Shown here piece by piece: positions 50,801 through 57,680 of a stretch of DNA of 64,000 bases. Positions within the stretch are counted from its first letter, which is position 1. Each line of letters begins with the position of its first letter. Both the position numbers and the translations under genes were made by a program. Origin of the DNA: Centroscyllium fabricii (Eukaryota); the NCBI GenBank assembly GCA_051313645.2, contig JBNRSN020000004.1:162192001-162256000 (forward strand). The letters run 5' to 3'. A model generated the notes under the pieces. It saw nothing but the letters and a program-made list of their open reading frames with translations, had not been told where the DNA came from and ran no database searches.

Positions 50801-53496
50801 CCCTGCTCGCTCATGCCGCGACCTGAGACTCAGTCACCCAGAATGGAAGTCAGGTCTGCCCATGAACAAAATTACTACATTATTTATCACTTGTTTTTAA
50901 GTAAAAATCACTAAATATACCAGGTAGCATGGTACATATAGACCAGGGAGGTCATCGGGTAAATTCCAGATCTGTGTAGAGTGAGCTTATTCAACCACTG
51001 GGGGGAAGGTTACTATTGGCTTCTGTTGTTGGGCTAGGGAGGAGAAAAATTGGCCAACATTTTAATTCCTGACTGCTATTCAGTGGTCCCTGCTGGAAAG
51101 ATGTAAACATCAGCTAAGGGATGATTAGGCTTCATTATGATGTTCTCTACCTTTGATAATAATCATTATATAGCTCTCACATGAAAATTGGTCAGTTGAG
51201 CAAGGGACTGCCAGCACCTACAAAATTGGAATAAAGAAATTAGAATACAGTAAATACATTTATACGTCACTCCACCTCCTCAAAGGCAACTACAGATAAA
51301 GCTTTTGTAGTGTGTATTCCTGGTTAATGCAAAAATAAATTTCACACTTTGCATTTTTTTTTACTTTATTAACTTATAGAACTTATAGTTTACTAACTGT
51401 GAATTCCATATCCATTTATGAAAGGTATAATTCAGATTTAAGCATCTGCTTTGTAAATTTTTTATAGAGAGCTAGTTCTGACCTGAGTTGCTCTGGCAAC
51501 AAGAAAGTATGACTTTTCACTGAAGTTTCCTAAATTGACTGTTTTAGATTACTATTGGATCGATCCCAATCAAGGATGTATCCTGGATGCCATCAGAGTT
51601 CACTGCGACTTTGTTTCTGGCGAGACTTGTGTACATGCCAACCCAGACATCATTGAACGCAAGAACTGGTGGAATAACAAGATTCCCAACGAAATGAAAC
51701 ACATATGGTTTGGTGAAACTATCAATGATGGTGTCCAGGTAAGTCCAACTCAGATGGATATTGTGCTGGTTATTTTGTATCCTTGCTGAACAATCAACAG
51801 CATAAAATATTGCGAGACAGATGTCTTACCCTGAATCTCTTTGTTATAGTTTACTTACAATGATGAACACATCACTCCATTTGTTATGGGTACCCAGCTG
51901 ACCTTCCTGCACCTCCTCTCCAATGAAGCCTCACAGAATATCACCTACCATTGTAAGAACAGCGTAGCATACATGGATGAGGAGACTGGAAACCTGAAAA
52001 AGTCAGTTATCCTTCTCGGTTCCAATGATGTTGAACTCCGAGCTGAAGGTAACAGCAGATTCACTTACAGCGTTCTGGAAGACGGATGCACGGTAAGTTG
52101 TGGATACTTGTTTTAACACTAACCATGTCCAAGTAATTGTGCATTGTGTAGGAAACCTACAGTTATCAAATGGAATAACTGCTTGCACACATTTTTAGAT
52201 AGAAGCAAAGTAGTGAAGTATCACAGATCTCAATGAAACAAATTATAAACTCTGACGTGAATTTTTTTACTGGTGGATATTTCTTCAATACTTCAAATTC
52301 AAAATTCCTGGAAAATATTCTCAAAATAGGATATTGCTTTTCTTTCTCTTCCATTATGTACTTTTTATTTTTCTTTCTCATTTAAATGTTTATTCTCAAT
52401 AACTTAATTGTACAAAGGAAATTTGACCCAAAAAGCCACACATTTCTTTATTGATCTCAACCACATTTCAGCATTCCCACTATATCCAACTTCTGTTTCT
52501 TTCATCTATTCCACATTAATTTAATCACTTACAATAAAGGCCGTGCCTTCCCACTATCTCATTGCTTCTAGTGTTTTTTAACCTATAATCCTGGTGACTC
52601 CTGGAGATTGGCTGCGGTGAAGTAAAATGAGAAGAAACAGAATGCATTCTGTATTTTTGTTAAATATATCCTGTAAAGCAAAGCATCCTAATCACAAAAA
52701 TAAATTGGAACAGATAAAACTCTGTGGGTTAGTAAAACATGCGCTTATATTAACAAGAAGCTGCGACCACCGACAATAAACACGTTAAATAAAAAGGTTC
52801 TCACACAAGATCGAAACATTTAATAGGTCTGCAGCATACACGCAATAATTGGAGGACTCACTAACTTCTGGAAGAGCATATTAAATAGCATGTCTCCTTT
52901 CTATTTATTTATGGCTATTGAATAAGGAACCATGTAAATTAAACCAAACTGTTGCTATGTGATCCTCAGCCAAAAATAAGACTCATTTTGAGTATGTATC
53001 TGACATTTTGGCAACAATTTTAACTGGGCAGAAATTAGATGGGTGGGGGCCAAGGTAAGTGTCAAACCCCCTGAACTTGGCTGCTGAGGCCAGGCTGATT
53101 TTAGCTTCTGGGCATCATTTGCATGCTACCGGTCGGTTGCCCGTCCAAAACCAGCAGGAAGCAGCAGCTGACCGACGGGCAGGAGCGGAATCTCGGACGG
53201 GGAGCATTAAAATTGCCCCTTTTGTGACCTATTTAGCTTAGAATAAAAAAAAAATGTTTTTTGATCACAACCCATTTCAGGTTTATCTTTTTAACAAATG
53301 GTAATGCATTGCCTCAAACTAACCCATTGTTTTGTTTTACTTGTAACAGAGACATACTGGTGAATGGAGTAAGACAGTTATTGAATACAGAACACAGAAA
53401 ACATCTCGCTTGCCATTTATGGACATTGCACCTATGGATATTGGTGGCCCTGAACAAGAATTTGGTTTGGACATTGGCCCAGTCTGTTTCAAATAA
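2752..53496 (+). CDS. COL1A2: Collagen type I alpha-2 chain gene, exons 10-52 (5' exons lie upstream of the window); multi-exon span
   Basis: 43 canonical exons plus one extra, all AG/GT-bounded. Helix exon sizes follow the clade-A fibrillar pattern. Alpha2(I)-type features: C-propeptide lacks Cys2 ([12 protein letters not shown]), Lys-free C-telopeptide ending YYRADQP, terminal DIGPVCFK*, exons 33/34 unfused, and [23 protein letters not shown] segments. Confidence 0.9.
3000..3053 (+). CDS. COL1A2: exon 11 (54 bp) [18 protein letters not shown], contains helical cross-link Lys87 (KGHR)
   Basis: tcatag|GGT...CGA|gtgagt. Confidence 0.93.
3161..3214 (+). CDS. COL1A2: exon 12 (54 bp) [18 protein letters not shown]
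   Basis: ttacag|GGT...AAG|gtaaga. Confidence 0.93.
3675..3832. repeat. 27-bp minisatellite GAGAGAGATGCGTGGGCCCGGGCTGTG, ~6 copies
   Basis: Direct tandem copies; explains the repetitive ORFs in both orientations. Confidence 0.9.
3850..3958. repeat. ~24-bp tandem repeat GGAGCTACTGGGAAACATCGAGAGT-like, ~4 copies
   Basis: Imperfect tandem copies. Confidence 0.8.
6221..6617 (+). mobile_element. CR1 LINE 3' fragment
   Basis: RTRGHNL...[14 protein letters not shown] peptide; 3' tail ggcctactcctgctcctacttcttatgttctta. Confidence 0.85.
7385..9000 (-). mobile_element. CR1 LINE, 5'-truncated, degenerate RT (ORFs 7910-8590, 7475-7897)
   Basis: [34 protein letters not shown] motifs; (TAAGAACA)n tail. 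Confidence 0.92.
9741..10195. repeat. 32-bp minisatellite CCAATAATCCTCACACAAGTAGCGATTCTGGG, ~14 copies
   Basis: Near-perfect head-to-tail copies, no spacers. Confidence 0.95.
11103..11147 (+). CDS. COL1A2: exon 13 (45 bp) [15 protein letters not shown]
   Basis: tcccag|GGT...TTG|gtatgt. Confidence 0.92.
11297..11350 (+). CDS. COL1A2: exon 14 (54 bp) [18 protein letters not shown]
   Basis: tatcag|GGT...TCT|gtgagt. Confidence 0.93.
11805..11849 (+). CDS. COL1A2: exon 15 (45 bp) [15 protein letters not shown]
   Basis: tttaag|GGT...CCT|gtaagt. Confidence 0.93.
12601..12654 (+). CDS. COL1A2: exon 16 (54 bp) [18 protein letters not shown]
   Basis: ttatag|GGA...AAG|gtaaca. Confidence 0.93.
12719..14156 (-). 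mobile_element. CR1 LINE, 5'-truncated, uninterrupted 447-aa RT ORF (12813-14156)
   Basis: [34 protein letters not shown]; (CATAGAAT)n tail. Confidence 0.95.
15450..16001. mobile_element. Tigger/pogo-like MITE (same family as 1533-2495)
   Basis: TA|CAGGTTGAGCACCG...CGGTGCTGAACCTG|TA. Confidence 0.85.
16576..17024 (-). mobile_element. CR1 LINE 3' fragment
   Basis: [10 protein letters not shown]...[12 protein letters not shown]; (CATAAGAA)n tail. Confidence 0.85.
17110..17208 (+). CDS. COL1A2: exon 17 (99 bp) [33 protein letters not shown]
   Basis: acacag|GGT...GTG|gtaagt. Confidence 0.93.
17306..17350 (+). CDS. COL1A2: exon 18 (45 bp) [15 protein letters not shown]
   Basis: tgctag|GGT...GTT|gtaagt. 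Confidence 0.93.
17458..17556 (+). CDS. COL1A2: exon 19 (99 bp) [33 protein letters not shown]
   Basis: acatag|GGC...TCT|gtaagt. Confidence 0.93.
17689..17742 (+). CDS. COL1A2: exon 20 (54 bp) [18 protein letters not shown]
   Basis: gctcag|GGT...CCT|gtaagc. Confidence 0.93.
17867..17974 (+). CDS. COL1A2: exon 21 (108 bp) [36 protein letters not shown]
   Basis: aatcag|GGT...AGG|gtaagg. Confidence 0.93.
18540..18593 (+). CDS. COL1A2: exon 22 (54 bp) [18 protein letters not shown]
   Basis: ttgcag|GGT...ATG|gtaaac. Confidence 0.93.
18756..18854 (+). CDS. COL1A2: exon 23 (99 bp) [33 protein letters not shown]
   Basis: ttctag|GGT...CGG|gtgagt. Confidence 0.93.
19439..19492 (+). CDS. COL1A2: extra 54-bp Gly-X-Y exon 24a, [18 protein letters not shown]; probable mutually exclusive alternative to 24b
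   Basis: Polypyrimidine acceptor tttcctcaatatttatag|GGT, six intact Gly triplets, consensus donor CCA|gtaagt; has no slot in the canonical exon series. Confidence 0.75.
19532..19585 (+). CDS. COL1A2: exon 24b (canonical exon 24, 54 bp) [18 protein letters not shown]
   Basis: tttcag|GGT...GCT|gtaagt; resembles mammalian alpha2(I) GLPGSPGNIGPAGKEGPV. Confidence 0.9.
20851..20949 (+). CDS. COL1A2: exon 25 (99 bp) [33 protein letters not shown]
   Basis: ttgtag|GGC...ACT|gtaagt. Confidence 0.93.
21723..21776 (+). CDS. COL1A2: exon 26 (54 bp) [18 protein letters not shown]
   Basis: tcccag|GGT...CAG|gtaagt. Confidence 0.93.
22619..23418. mobile_element. PIF/Harbinger-type MITE (copy 1)
   Basis: TAA|GGGGGGTATTTT...AAAATCCCCCCC|TAA; highly similar to 56385-57077. 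Confidence 0.8.
23522..24083. mobile_element. Harbinger-type MITE relic
   Basis: Imperfect TIRs GGGGGGGTTTTCAA...TTGAAAATCGCTCCCC. Confidence 0.45.
24466..24519 (+). CDS. COL1A2: exon 27 (54 bp) [18 protein letters not shown]
   Basis: gttcag|GGA...GCT|gtaagt. Confidence 0.93.
25047..25100 (+). CDS. COL1A2: exon 28 (54 bp) [18 protein letters not shown]
   Basis: cattag|GGT...CAG|gtatgt. Confidence 0.93.
26030..26440 (+). mobile_element. CR1 LINE 3' fragment
   Basis: [11 protein letters not shown]...[13 protein letters not shown]; CR1 3' stem-loop and tail. Confidence 0.88.
26753..26806 (+). CDS. COL1A2: exon 29 (54 bp) [18 protein letters not shown]
   Basis: ttatag|GGC...CGG|gtaagg. Confidence 0.93.
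27275..27319 (+). CDS. COL1A2: exon 30 (45 bp) [15 protein letters not shown]
   Basis: ctacag|GGT...AGA|gtatgt. Confidence 0.93.
27414..27512 (+). CDS. COL1A2: exon 31 (99 bp) [33 protein letters not shown]
   Basis: aattag|GGT...AAG|gtatgt. Confidence 0.93.
28105..28296. mobile_element. Tigger-like MITE left arm, truncated by or fused to the Penelope element
   Basis: TA|CAGGTTGAGCACCGTTAATC; GCGCATGCGC palindromes; no right TIR found. Confidence 0.7.
28297..29800 (+). mobile_element. Penelope-like retroelement, 5'-truncated (RT C-terminus, GIY-YIG endonuclease, pseudo-LTR); in-frame stops
   Basis: [21 protein letters not shown] (RT); VVYLIRC...LYIGET...LRQRMNGH (GIY-YIG). Confidence 0.9.
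29679..29713 (+). ncRNA. minimal type I hammerhead ribozyme in the Penelope pseudo-LTR
   Basis: CAC-CTGACGA-A-GGAGC agc GCTCC-GAAA-GC-TT-GTG: conserved core, stem II, palindromic stem III (AAGCTT). Confidence 0.7.
30081..30188 (+). CDS. COL1A2: exon 32 (108 bp) [36 protein letters not shown] (last triplet AEK instead of GEK)
   Basis: tattag|GGT...AAG|gtaagt. Confidence 0.92.
30697..30750 (+). CDS. COL1A2: exon 33 (54 bp) [18 protein letters not shown]
   Basis: ttatag|GGT...CGG|gtaagt. Confidence 0.93.
30865..30918 (+). CDS. COL1A2: exon 34 (54 bp) [18 protein letters not shown]
   Basis: ttatag|GGT...AGG|gtaagt. Confidence 0.93.
31977..34780 (-). mobile_element. Gypsy/Ty3 LTR retrotransposon, internally deleted, in intron 34
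   Basis: 3' LTR ~31977-32157 next to PPT (AGGGGGAGGAGA on -); partial 5' LTR ~34627-34780; candidate TSD GTAAA; RT YLDD, RNase H DAS, integrase HHCC and DDE. Confidence 0.9.
32336..34618 (-). pseudogene. Gypsy pol remnant (partial RT-RNase H-integrase), one in-frame TAG at 33713-33715
   Basis: ORFs 33713-34618 and 32336-33712 abut in the same frame. Confidence 0.88.
35485..35538 (+). CDS. COL1A2: exon 35 (54 bp) [18 protein letters not shown]
   Basis: cttcag|GGT...CCA|gtaagt. Confidence 0.93.
35756..35809 (+). CDS. COL1A2: exon 36 (54 bp) [18 protein letters not shown]
   Basis: gcctag|GGT...CCC|gtatgt. Confidence 0.93.
35912..36019 (+). CDS. COL1A2: exon 37 (108 bp) [36 protein letters not shown]
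   Basis: atatag|GGT...GCG|gtaagt. Confidence 0.93.
37362..38165 (+). mobile_element. CR1 LINE 3' fragment (ORF 37374-38075)
   Basis: WQMEFN...[13 protein letters not shown]...FFTQRVV; candidate TSD TACACT (37356-37361 / 38166-38171). Confidence 0.9.
38265..38760 (-). pseudogene. degenerate Harbinger (HARBI1-like) DDE transposase fragment
   Basis: Frameshifted remnants LTDLCQLL..., [19 protein letters not shown] resemble Harbinger NRKGFHSLNVQLVCD / HDAFIL motifs. Confidence 0.5.
39228..39281 (+). CDS. COL1A2: exon 38 (54 bp) [18 protein letters not shown]
   Basis: ccttag|GGA...TCA|gtaagt. Confidence 0.93.
39318..39759 (+). mobile_element. CR1 LINE 3' fragment
   Basis: RGDLIE...FFTQRVVNL; (GTTCTTAT)n-like tail. 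Confidence 0.85.
39824..39877 (+). CDS. COL1A2: exon 39 (54 bp) [18 protein letters not shown]
   Basis: tcctag|GGT...GCA|gtaagt. Confidence 0.93.
40204..40995. mobile_element. Harbinger-type MITE related to 22619-23418, different interior
   Basis: Shared subterminal blocks (ccccttaaaatggcatta, gccaattaaggg, gcggcggggatccggcggg). Confidence 0.55.
41200..41372. mobile_element. Penelope-derived short element with inverted hammerhead-like halves (shorter copy at ~26866-26931)
   Basis: aatactcagcaggtcaggcagcatctgt shared by both loci; imperfect palindrome at 41304-41368. Confidence 0.6.
42052..42213 (+). CDS. COL1A2: exon 40 (162 bp) GPQGQLGPS...GARGDSGGQ...GETGPS
   Basis: ttatag|GGT...TCT|gtaagt; 18 Gly-X-Y. 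Confidence 0.93.
42335..42442 (+). CDS. COL1A2: exon 41 (108 bp) [36 protein letters not shown] (collagenase-site exon)
   Basis: gtatag|GGT...GCC|gtaagt. Confidence 0.93.
43010..43355 (+). mobile_element. SINE body (DeuSINE/SacSINE1-like), 5'-truncated
   Basis: Similar to 54775-55225 (aatctaggctga...gtgctgcactgt...aaggtgctatataaa). Confidence 0.6.
44446..44553 (+). CDS. COL1A2: exon 42 (108 bp) [36 protein letters not shown]
   Basis: ttctag|GGT...GAT|gtaagt. Confidence 0.93.
44678..44731 (+). CDS. COL1A2: exon 43 (54 bp) [18 protein letters not shown]
   Basis: tttaag|GGA...AAG|gtatgt. Confidence 0.93.
44846..44953 (+). CDS. COL1A2: exon 44 (108 bp) [36 protein letters not shown]
   Basis: attcag|GGT...GGT|gtaagt. 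Confidence 0.93.
45067..45120 (+). CDS. COL1A2: exon 45 (54 bp) [18 protein letters not shown]
   Basis: caacag|GGT...CCT|gtgagt. Confidence 0.93.
45793..45900 (+). CDS. COL1A2: exon 46 (108 bp) [36 protein letters not shown]
   Basis: ttatag|GGC...TCT|gtaagt. Confidence 0.93.
45997..46050 (+). CDS. COL1A2: exon 47 (54 bp) [18 protein letters not shown]
   Basis: tactag|GGT...AGG|gtaagt. Confidence 0.93.
46154..46261 (+). CDS. COL1A2: exon 48 (108 bp) [36 protein letters not shown]
   Basis: ttccag|GGT...GGC|gtaagt. Confidence 0.93.
46700..47025 (-). mobile_element. degenerate SINE of the same family
   Basis: Reverse complement of gccatgggatcttt, tttaacatc, gtcagcctag blocks. Confidence 0.5.
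47844..48449. mobile_element. hAT (Charlie-like) MITE with expanded internal minisatellite
   Basis: TIR CAGAGGTCCCCAACC...GGTTGGGGACCCCTG; perfect 8-bp TSD CTGTAGAA. Confidence 0.9.
47995..48392. repeat. ~33-35-bp C-rich minisatellite CAGCACCCCCCCCCGGTCAGTCAAAAACCTCCGC, ~11 copies
   Basis: Tandem copies with variable poly-C and poly-A lengths. Confidence 0.9.
49061..49200 (-). mobile_element. CR1-type 3' tail
   Basis: catagaaacatagaatataggagcaggagtaggccattc. Confidence 0.75.
49200..49465 (-). mobile_element. tRNA-derived V-SINE (HE1-like elasmobranch SINE)
   Basis: A/B-box-like head (gtggcatagtggttagc...ggttcaaatcc) and V-domain gggtttcctccgggtgctccggtttcc. Confidence 0.75.
49565..50345 (-). 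mobile_element. non-LTR retrotransposon (LINE) 3' portion
   Basis: [36 protein letters not shown]: LINE ORF2 C-terminal motifs. Confidence 0.75.
50604..50853 (+). CDS. COL1A2: exon 49: end of helix, C-telopeptide, BMP1 site (YYRA/DQP), start of COLFI C-propeptide
   Basis: ttttag|GGT CCT CCT...; [30 protein letters not shown]; phase-1 donor G|gtctgc. Confidence 0.9.
51548..51738 (+). CDS. COL1A2: exon 50 (191 bp) [27 protein letters not shown]...[11 protein letters not shown]
   Basis: ttttag|AT TAC...CAG|gtaagt; COLFI motifs. Confidence 0.93.
51850..52092 (+). CDS. COL1A2: exon 51 (243 bp) [20 protein letters not shown]...[12 protein letters not shown]...LEDGCT
   Basis: ttatag|TTT...ACG|gtaagt; NIT glycosylation sequon. 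Confidence 0.94.
53350..53496 (+). CDS. COL1A2: exon 52 coding part [13 protein letters not shown]...DIGPVCFK*
   Basis: taacag|AGA CAT...TTC AAA TAA. Confidence 0.94.
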   Translation, partial: RHTGEWSKTVIEYRTQKTSRLPFMDIAPMDIGGPEQEFGLDIGPVCFK

Positions 53497-53834
53497 ATGA
53501 ACTTGAGCTAACTTAGAATACTCTCCGCATTTTTTCTTTTATTTTTTACTGAATGCTGACTCATTCCATGTCTTCTGCTCATCCACTTGCTTAAGTTCTG
53601 GGCTTAAAGAGAAGTAGGAAATCCAAAAAAAGAACATTATTTTCTCCATGCAATTTTAATGCACTTCCCAACAACTTGGAAATTTCAAGAGTGTTTGCAG
53701 GTGAAACCTTGCCCTGAAGGTTTAAATCACAAATAATGGAAAGTAAATAAAAGAAAGTGAAAACGAGTGTCATCTGTAGTCTTTGAATATTTTTCAAAGA
53801 GGAAGTTTAAAACCACAGCTTCCCAAGGTTTAAA

Positions 53835-53842
53835 CTACCTCA
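53835..53842 (+). promoter_or_regulatory. let-7 8-mer target site CTACCTCA
   Basis: Exact seed match in the 3' UTR. Confidence 0.6.
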
Positions 53843-53923
53843 TATACTTATTTTAAAGTATTAAACACATAATTTCTTTCTCAAAATTAACTGTGGTACT
53901 TGGGGTTCAAGTCGTTTTGTAAA

Positions 53924-53982
53924 GGTGCTAAGTGGTATTGAATTGTGCAGATACCGTACTTGAAGTACTGACTGTGGTGCTA
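53924..53982 (+). promoter_or_regulatory. two miR-29 target sites (GGTGCTA 53924-53930; TGGTGCTA 53975-53982)
   Basis: Seed matches; miR-29 is an established repressor of fibrillar collagens. Confidence 0.65.
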
Positions 53983-54297
53983 ACTGAATGTCCCATGCCA
54001 TCATTGAGACTGTCACTATGTGAGACCACATTTCCAGTGCTGTATTAAGTTGTACAGTGGTTTTATTTCTTCGTAAAATCCATTGATTATCATGGAATCC
54101 TCTTGTCTATTCCCAAATTAAACAGGTGGATACCTTCCTTGCCATTTCCATCTCATTACTTCAGGTGTTCATGCTTTTAGCCATGCACTTTCACTCCAAA
54201 TGAACGGAAAAAGGTGACAGTTCTAAAATCAAAATAATAAAAACTAAAATGTTCCTATTTTGTATATGTGACAAGTGAGATGTTTTAATAATTGTGA

Positions 54298-54303
54298 AAT
54301 AAA
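54298..54303 (+). terminator. distal polyadenylation signal AATAAA (proximal candidate at 53746-53751)
   Basis: gaaataaagcatg context with GT/T-rich sequence downstream. Confidence 0.7.
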
Positions 54304-54774
54304 GCATGAAAATGTTCTGAAGTAACTTGTTTCATGACTGTGGTTCATGTTACAACTTTTTTAAATGGAATTACCCTCCGTCTCTACCTTCCATATAGAC
54401 AGAGGAGCAGTTGATTCAACCTAGAGGCCTAAGATTATCTCTCATCCAGTGTCCAGATGAGAATAAAATCTTCCTTTTCCTCGGCCTATTGCAGGCTTTC
54501 ATTGAAACCTGTGATATAAAAATACATCCAATTTTCTGAAATTCTGAGAACAGTGAACATAGTTTCTCAGTTCCCTAATGTCAGAGAAAAGTCAGCAGGA
54601 ATATAAAACAAGCTGCCATGCTTTGTAATCATGCTGACTTTTTCGCTAAGGTTAGTGAACAGAGGAAAATATCGTCTCAGATTTTTTCCCCCTAAAGGCA
54701 TTGAGGCCTTGCTCCGGTTTAGTTCTAATAGCATCATACACCTCTACTACCTTGCCAAATATCCATTATTCATG

Positions 54775-55225
54775 TGACAGCTGTGGCTCAGTTGGTAGAA
54801 CTCTTGCCTCTGAATCAGAAAGTTGTGGGTTCAAGTCCCACTCCAGAGACTGAAGCACAAAATCTAGGCTGACAGTGCTGCACTGTCAGAAATGCCGTCT
54901 TTCAGATGAGATGTTAAACCAAGGCCCTGTCTGCTCTCTCAGGTGGATGTAAAAGATCCCATGGCACTATTTCAAAGAAGAGCAGGGGAGTTATCCCTGA
55001 TATTCTGGCCAATATTTATCCCTCAATCAGCACACAAAAAAACGATTTTCTGGTCATTATCACGTTGCTTTGCTGTTTGTGGTAGCTTGCTGCGAGCAAA
55101 TTGGCTGCCACATTTCCTACATTACAGCGGTGTCTACACCTCAAAAGTACTTCATTGGCTGTAAAGCACTTTGGGATGTCCTGAGGTCATGAAAGGTGCT
55201 ATATAAATGCAAGTCTTTCTTTCTT
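54775..55225 (+). mobile_element. full-length tRNA-derived SINE (DeuSINE/SacSINE1-like)
   Basis: A box gtggctcagttggtag, B box gggttcaagtccc, tail tatataaatgcaagtctttctttctt. Confidence 0.8.
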
Positions 55226-56384
55226 AGGTGTGTGCCTGGATAGTGAGTGTCAGCAGCTCACTTTGGTCTGATCTTTGCATTGTCCATGTATGCACACTTC
55301 CAGTAGGGCATTGGATAGTAATCAGGAGAAGTAACCCCAGCCAATTTGTTCCCTCCCTCTCTAGGAACACCCTTGCCACCACCATGGCTAAAATAAGCAA
55401 AGACCAGATATCGAGACTTTTTCGTATGAGAAACGTCTGCTGAGATGTTGTTGTGTTTTGAATTTATAATGTTTAATTTGGTTTGAGATCATCGTCTTAG
55501 ATTTCTTTCCAAGTATTGGCTTTGGTTTTAAACTCCATACCCCGCTCCCACCCGCCTCGCCAGGCAGGAAAGGGTCGGGTGAGGGGTTAAAATCATAAAA
55601 ATTGAGATCCCGCCACAAAGCCGCATTCCCGTACGCCGTAATATTTACGGCGATGATTCAGGCTCTAGATGAGGATCACACTAAAACAAAGCAGGGGCCT
55701 ACTTAAAATTCAAAGTCACGGACCGATGATGTCTTCGGCGCCGCGACATAAATTTAAGGTCCTGCGCTGAAACATGGCGGGAGGAGCCAACTGGCCAGAG
55801 GAGGAGGAGCAGGAGTGTTCCTCCCCCAGGCTCCTCAATTAATCCTTGGCCCTCCCCAGACCCGGCATTCCCCCGATCTCTCATTGAGAGGAAACCCCAG
55901 CTCGTCCCTCCCGCCACCATGCGAGGGAATCTCCTCCATCCACTGACTGCTGGGGTCTGTTCCCACGGGTCCCCGGCTGCGGTCCCCTGCCGCCAGAGTC
56001 CCACTCCCGCTTACCGGCCAGGTGGGCCATCAAGCCAGATGTTGGGCAGGACTCTGGAAATATTTATTCAAATGAAGCCCTGCCGTTAAGTTTGGCAGGG
56101 CCTCCATGCCCCAGACCTTGCTGGGTTTGTTGCCTGCTACTGGGCTCCCGCACGCCCTTCCCGCCCCCCTGCAAAAATCAAGGCCCTAGTCTACACAACT
56201 GTCCCCTCATCCTAACTGTTGAAATGACATGTGAGCACCAGTGTCTACTAGTCACCCCAAATGACCTTCACTAAACTTTAGAACTGCTGACTGAAAGCAA
56301 CCAGTAATGTCATAAACAAGATGTGCTGCTGACAATCCACAGTTGTCAGTCGATAATGTCACAGCAGGAGACATGCCACATAAA

Positions 56385-57077
56385 GGGGGGAATTTTTCCA
56401 GAAGGGCAATTTTAGGATAATGAGGTTGTTAAATCCCCATCGGTGGGAGCGGGAGGTAATTGGGTTAATCGAGTCGGGCTGCAGCGGAGCTGCGAGCACT
56501 TTGATTCACAGTTCCAGTACTGGTTGTTGTCAGTTCCCATGGCAACACTCCACTGTGACATGGCAACCCTTTTAAATTCAAAGAGTCTTTAGTCCAAGCA
56601 TCCAAAATTTTACTCCAACACAGCTGATACTGAAGCCAGAATGGAGGTACTATCTCCTCTAAGGTGCTGGAGGCATGCCAAGCATTTGGCAGCATGTCCT
56701 TCACACCTTACAGGAGAAAGTAATAAATTCAAGAAGTCACACAACACCAGGTTATAGTCCAGAAGTTACAACCAGCGCTGTGCTCCCGCTGGGTTTCACC
56801 CAGCAGGGTTTAAGGTGACGGGGTTAGAGCGGAAAACACGGCAAAATGGCTGAGGGCCCTTAAAATGGCATTAAAAATGCCAATTAAGGGCCCTTAACGA
56901 GGTGACAACCCATCCCCGCCGGTCGGCGGCGGGAAGGTTTCGGGGCGGGGAATCTGGGCGGGGCAAAATGAGAAAGCGGCGGGGATATAGCGGGGAGGGG
57001 CGGGACCCGCCGGTTCCGTTATTTTGCCAGCCGGGCCGCCCAAAACCCCGCCTCACGGGGACATGAAAATTCCCCCC
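56385..57077. mobile_element. PIF/Harbinger-type MITE (copy 2)
   Basis: AAA|GGGGGGAATTTT...AAAATTCCCCCC|AAA; paralogous to 22619-23418. Confidence 0.8.
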
Positions 57078-57559
57078 AAAGTGTTTGTTCTTAGGGGTTG
57101 GTTCTCGGCATGTGAAGCAATACACAGCTGTGATTCATCACAGTGATGATAATTTTTTTGCTAGTATATAGCAAAACCTCAGCCAATAAACACTGCACAT
57201 TCAAAATATACAACTGACATGGGGTAATCGTTTCTGTGGGGTTCTTCCACTCTCCCACTGCAAGAGCAGCGGAAACTTGGAGTAACAGTGTAAACCACCA
57301 TCTGTGTTGTTTCTCAGGGGTTTTCGACAAAGTTGTGGTGGGAGATCGGCAGAATCCCCATGGAAATATAACCCTAGTGAGTGGCAAGTGTTTAATTACA
57401 ACGCATTGTTTTATAAATATAAATGTTATTAACAAAAGAAAACAATTATTGAAGTGTTTTATAAATAACGTTTTTCACTTTATGATGAAATTAGCCTTGC
57501 CTGATTCTACTCCTATCTATCCAGTCTATCTACTGCAATGCCTTCTCTTCCTGCTCCTG

Positions 57560-57680
57560 CATTGTTACCTCTGGAGTCCCCAGGGTTCCATCCTCGGCCC
57601 CTTCTATTTCTCATCTACACGCTGCCCCTCGGTGACATTATCCAAAAACATGTCAGTTTTCACATGTACACTGATGACAC
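57560..57680 (+). mobile_element. L2-type LINE RT fragment
   Basis: GVPQGSILGP...HMYTDDT. Confidence 0.6.

Larger units (their letters stand above)
53497..54325 (+). other. COL1A2: 3' UTR of the collagen gene (3' end approximate)
   Basis: Follows the stop codon. Blocks resemble the mammalian COL1A2 UTR as recalled (caaggtttaaactacctca; tattttgtatatgtg; gaaataaagcatg). Confidence 0.75.

Noticed and set aside
2752-53496. Assignment as COL1A1, COL2A1 or COL3A1
   Set aside because: The C-propeptide lacks Cys2, the telopeptide has no Lys and no Cys knot, exons 33/34 are unfused, and the chain ends VCFK with an alpha2-type UTR. Alpha1-like motifs are reported separately as a finding.
54775-54850. 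tRNA gene
   Set aside because: The tRNA-like head continues into a SINE body and tail found elsewhere in the window; no complete cloverleaf.
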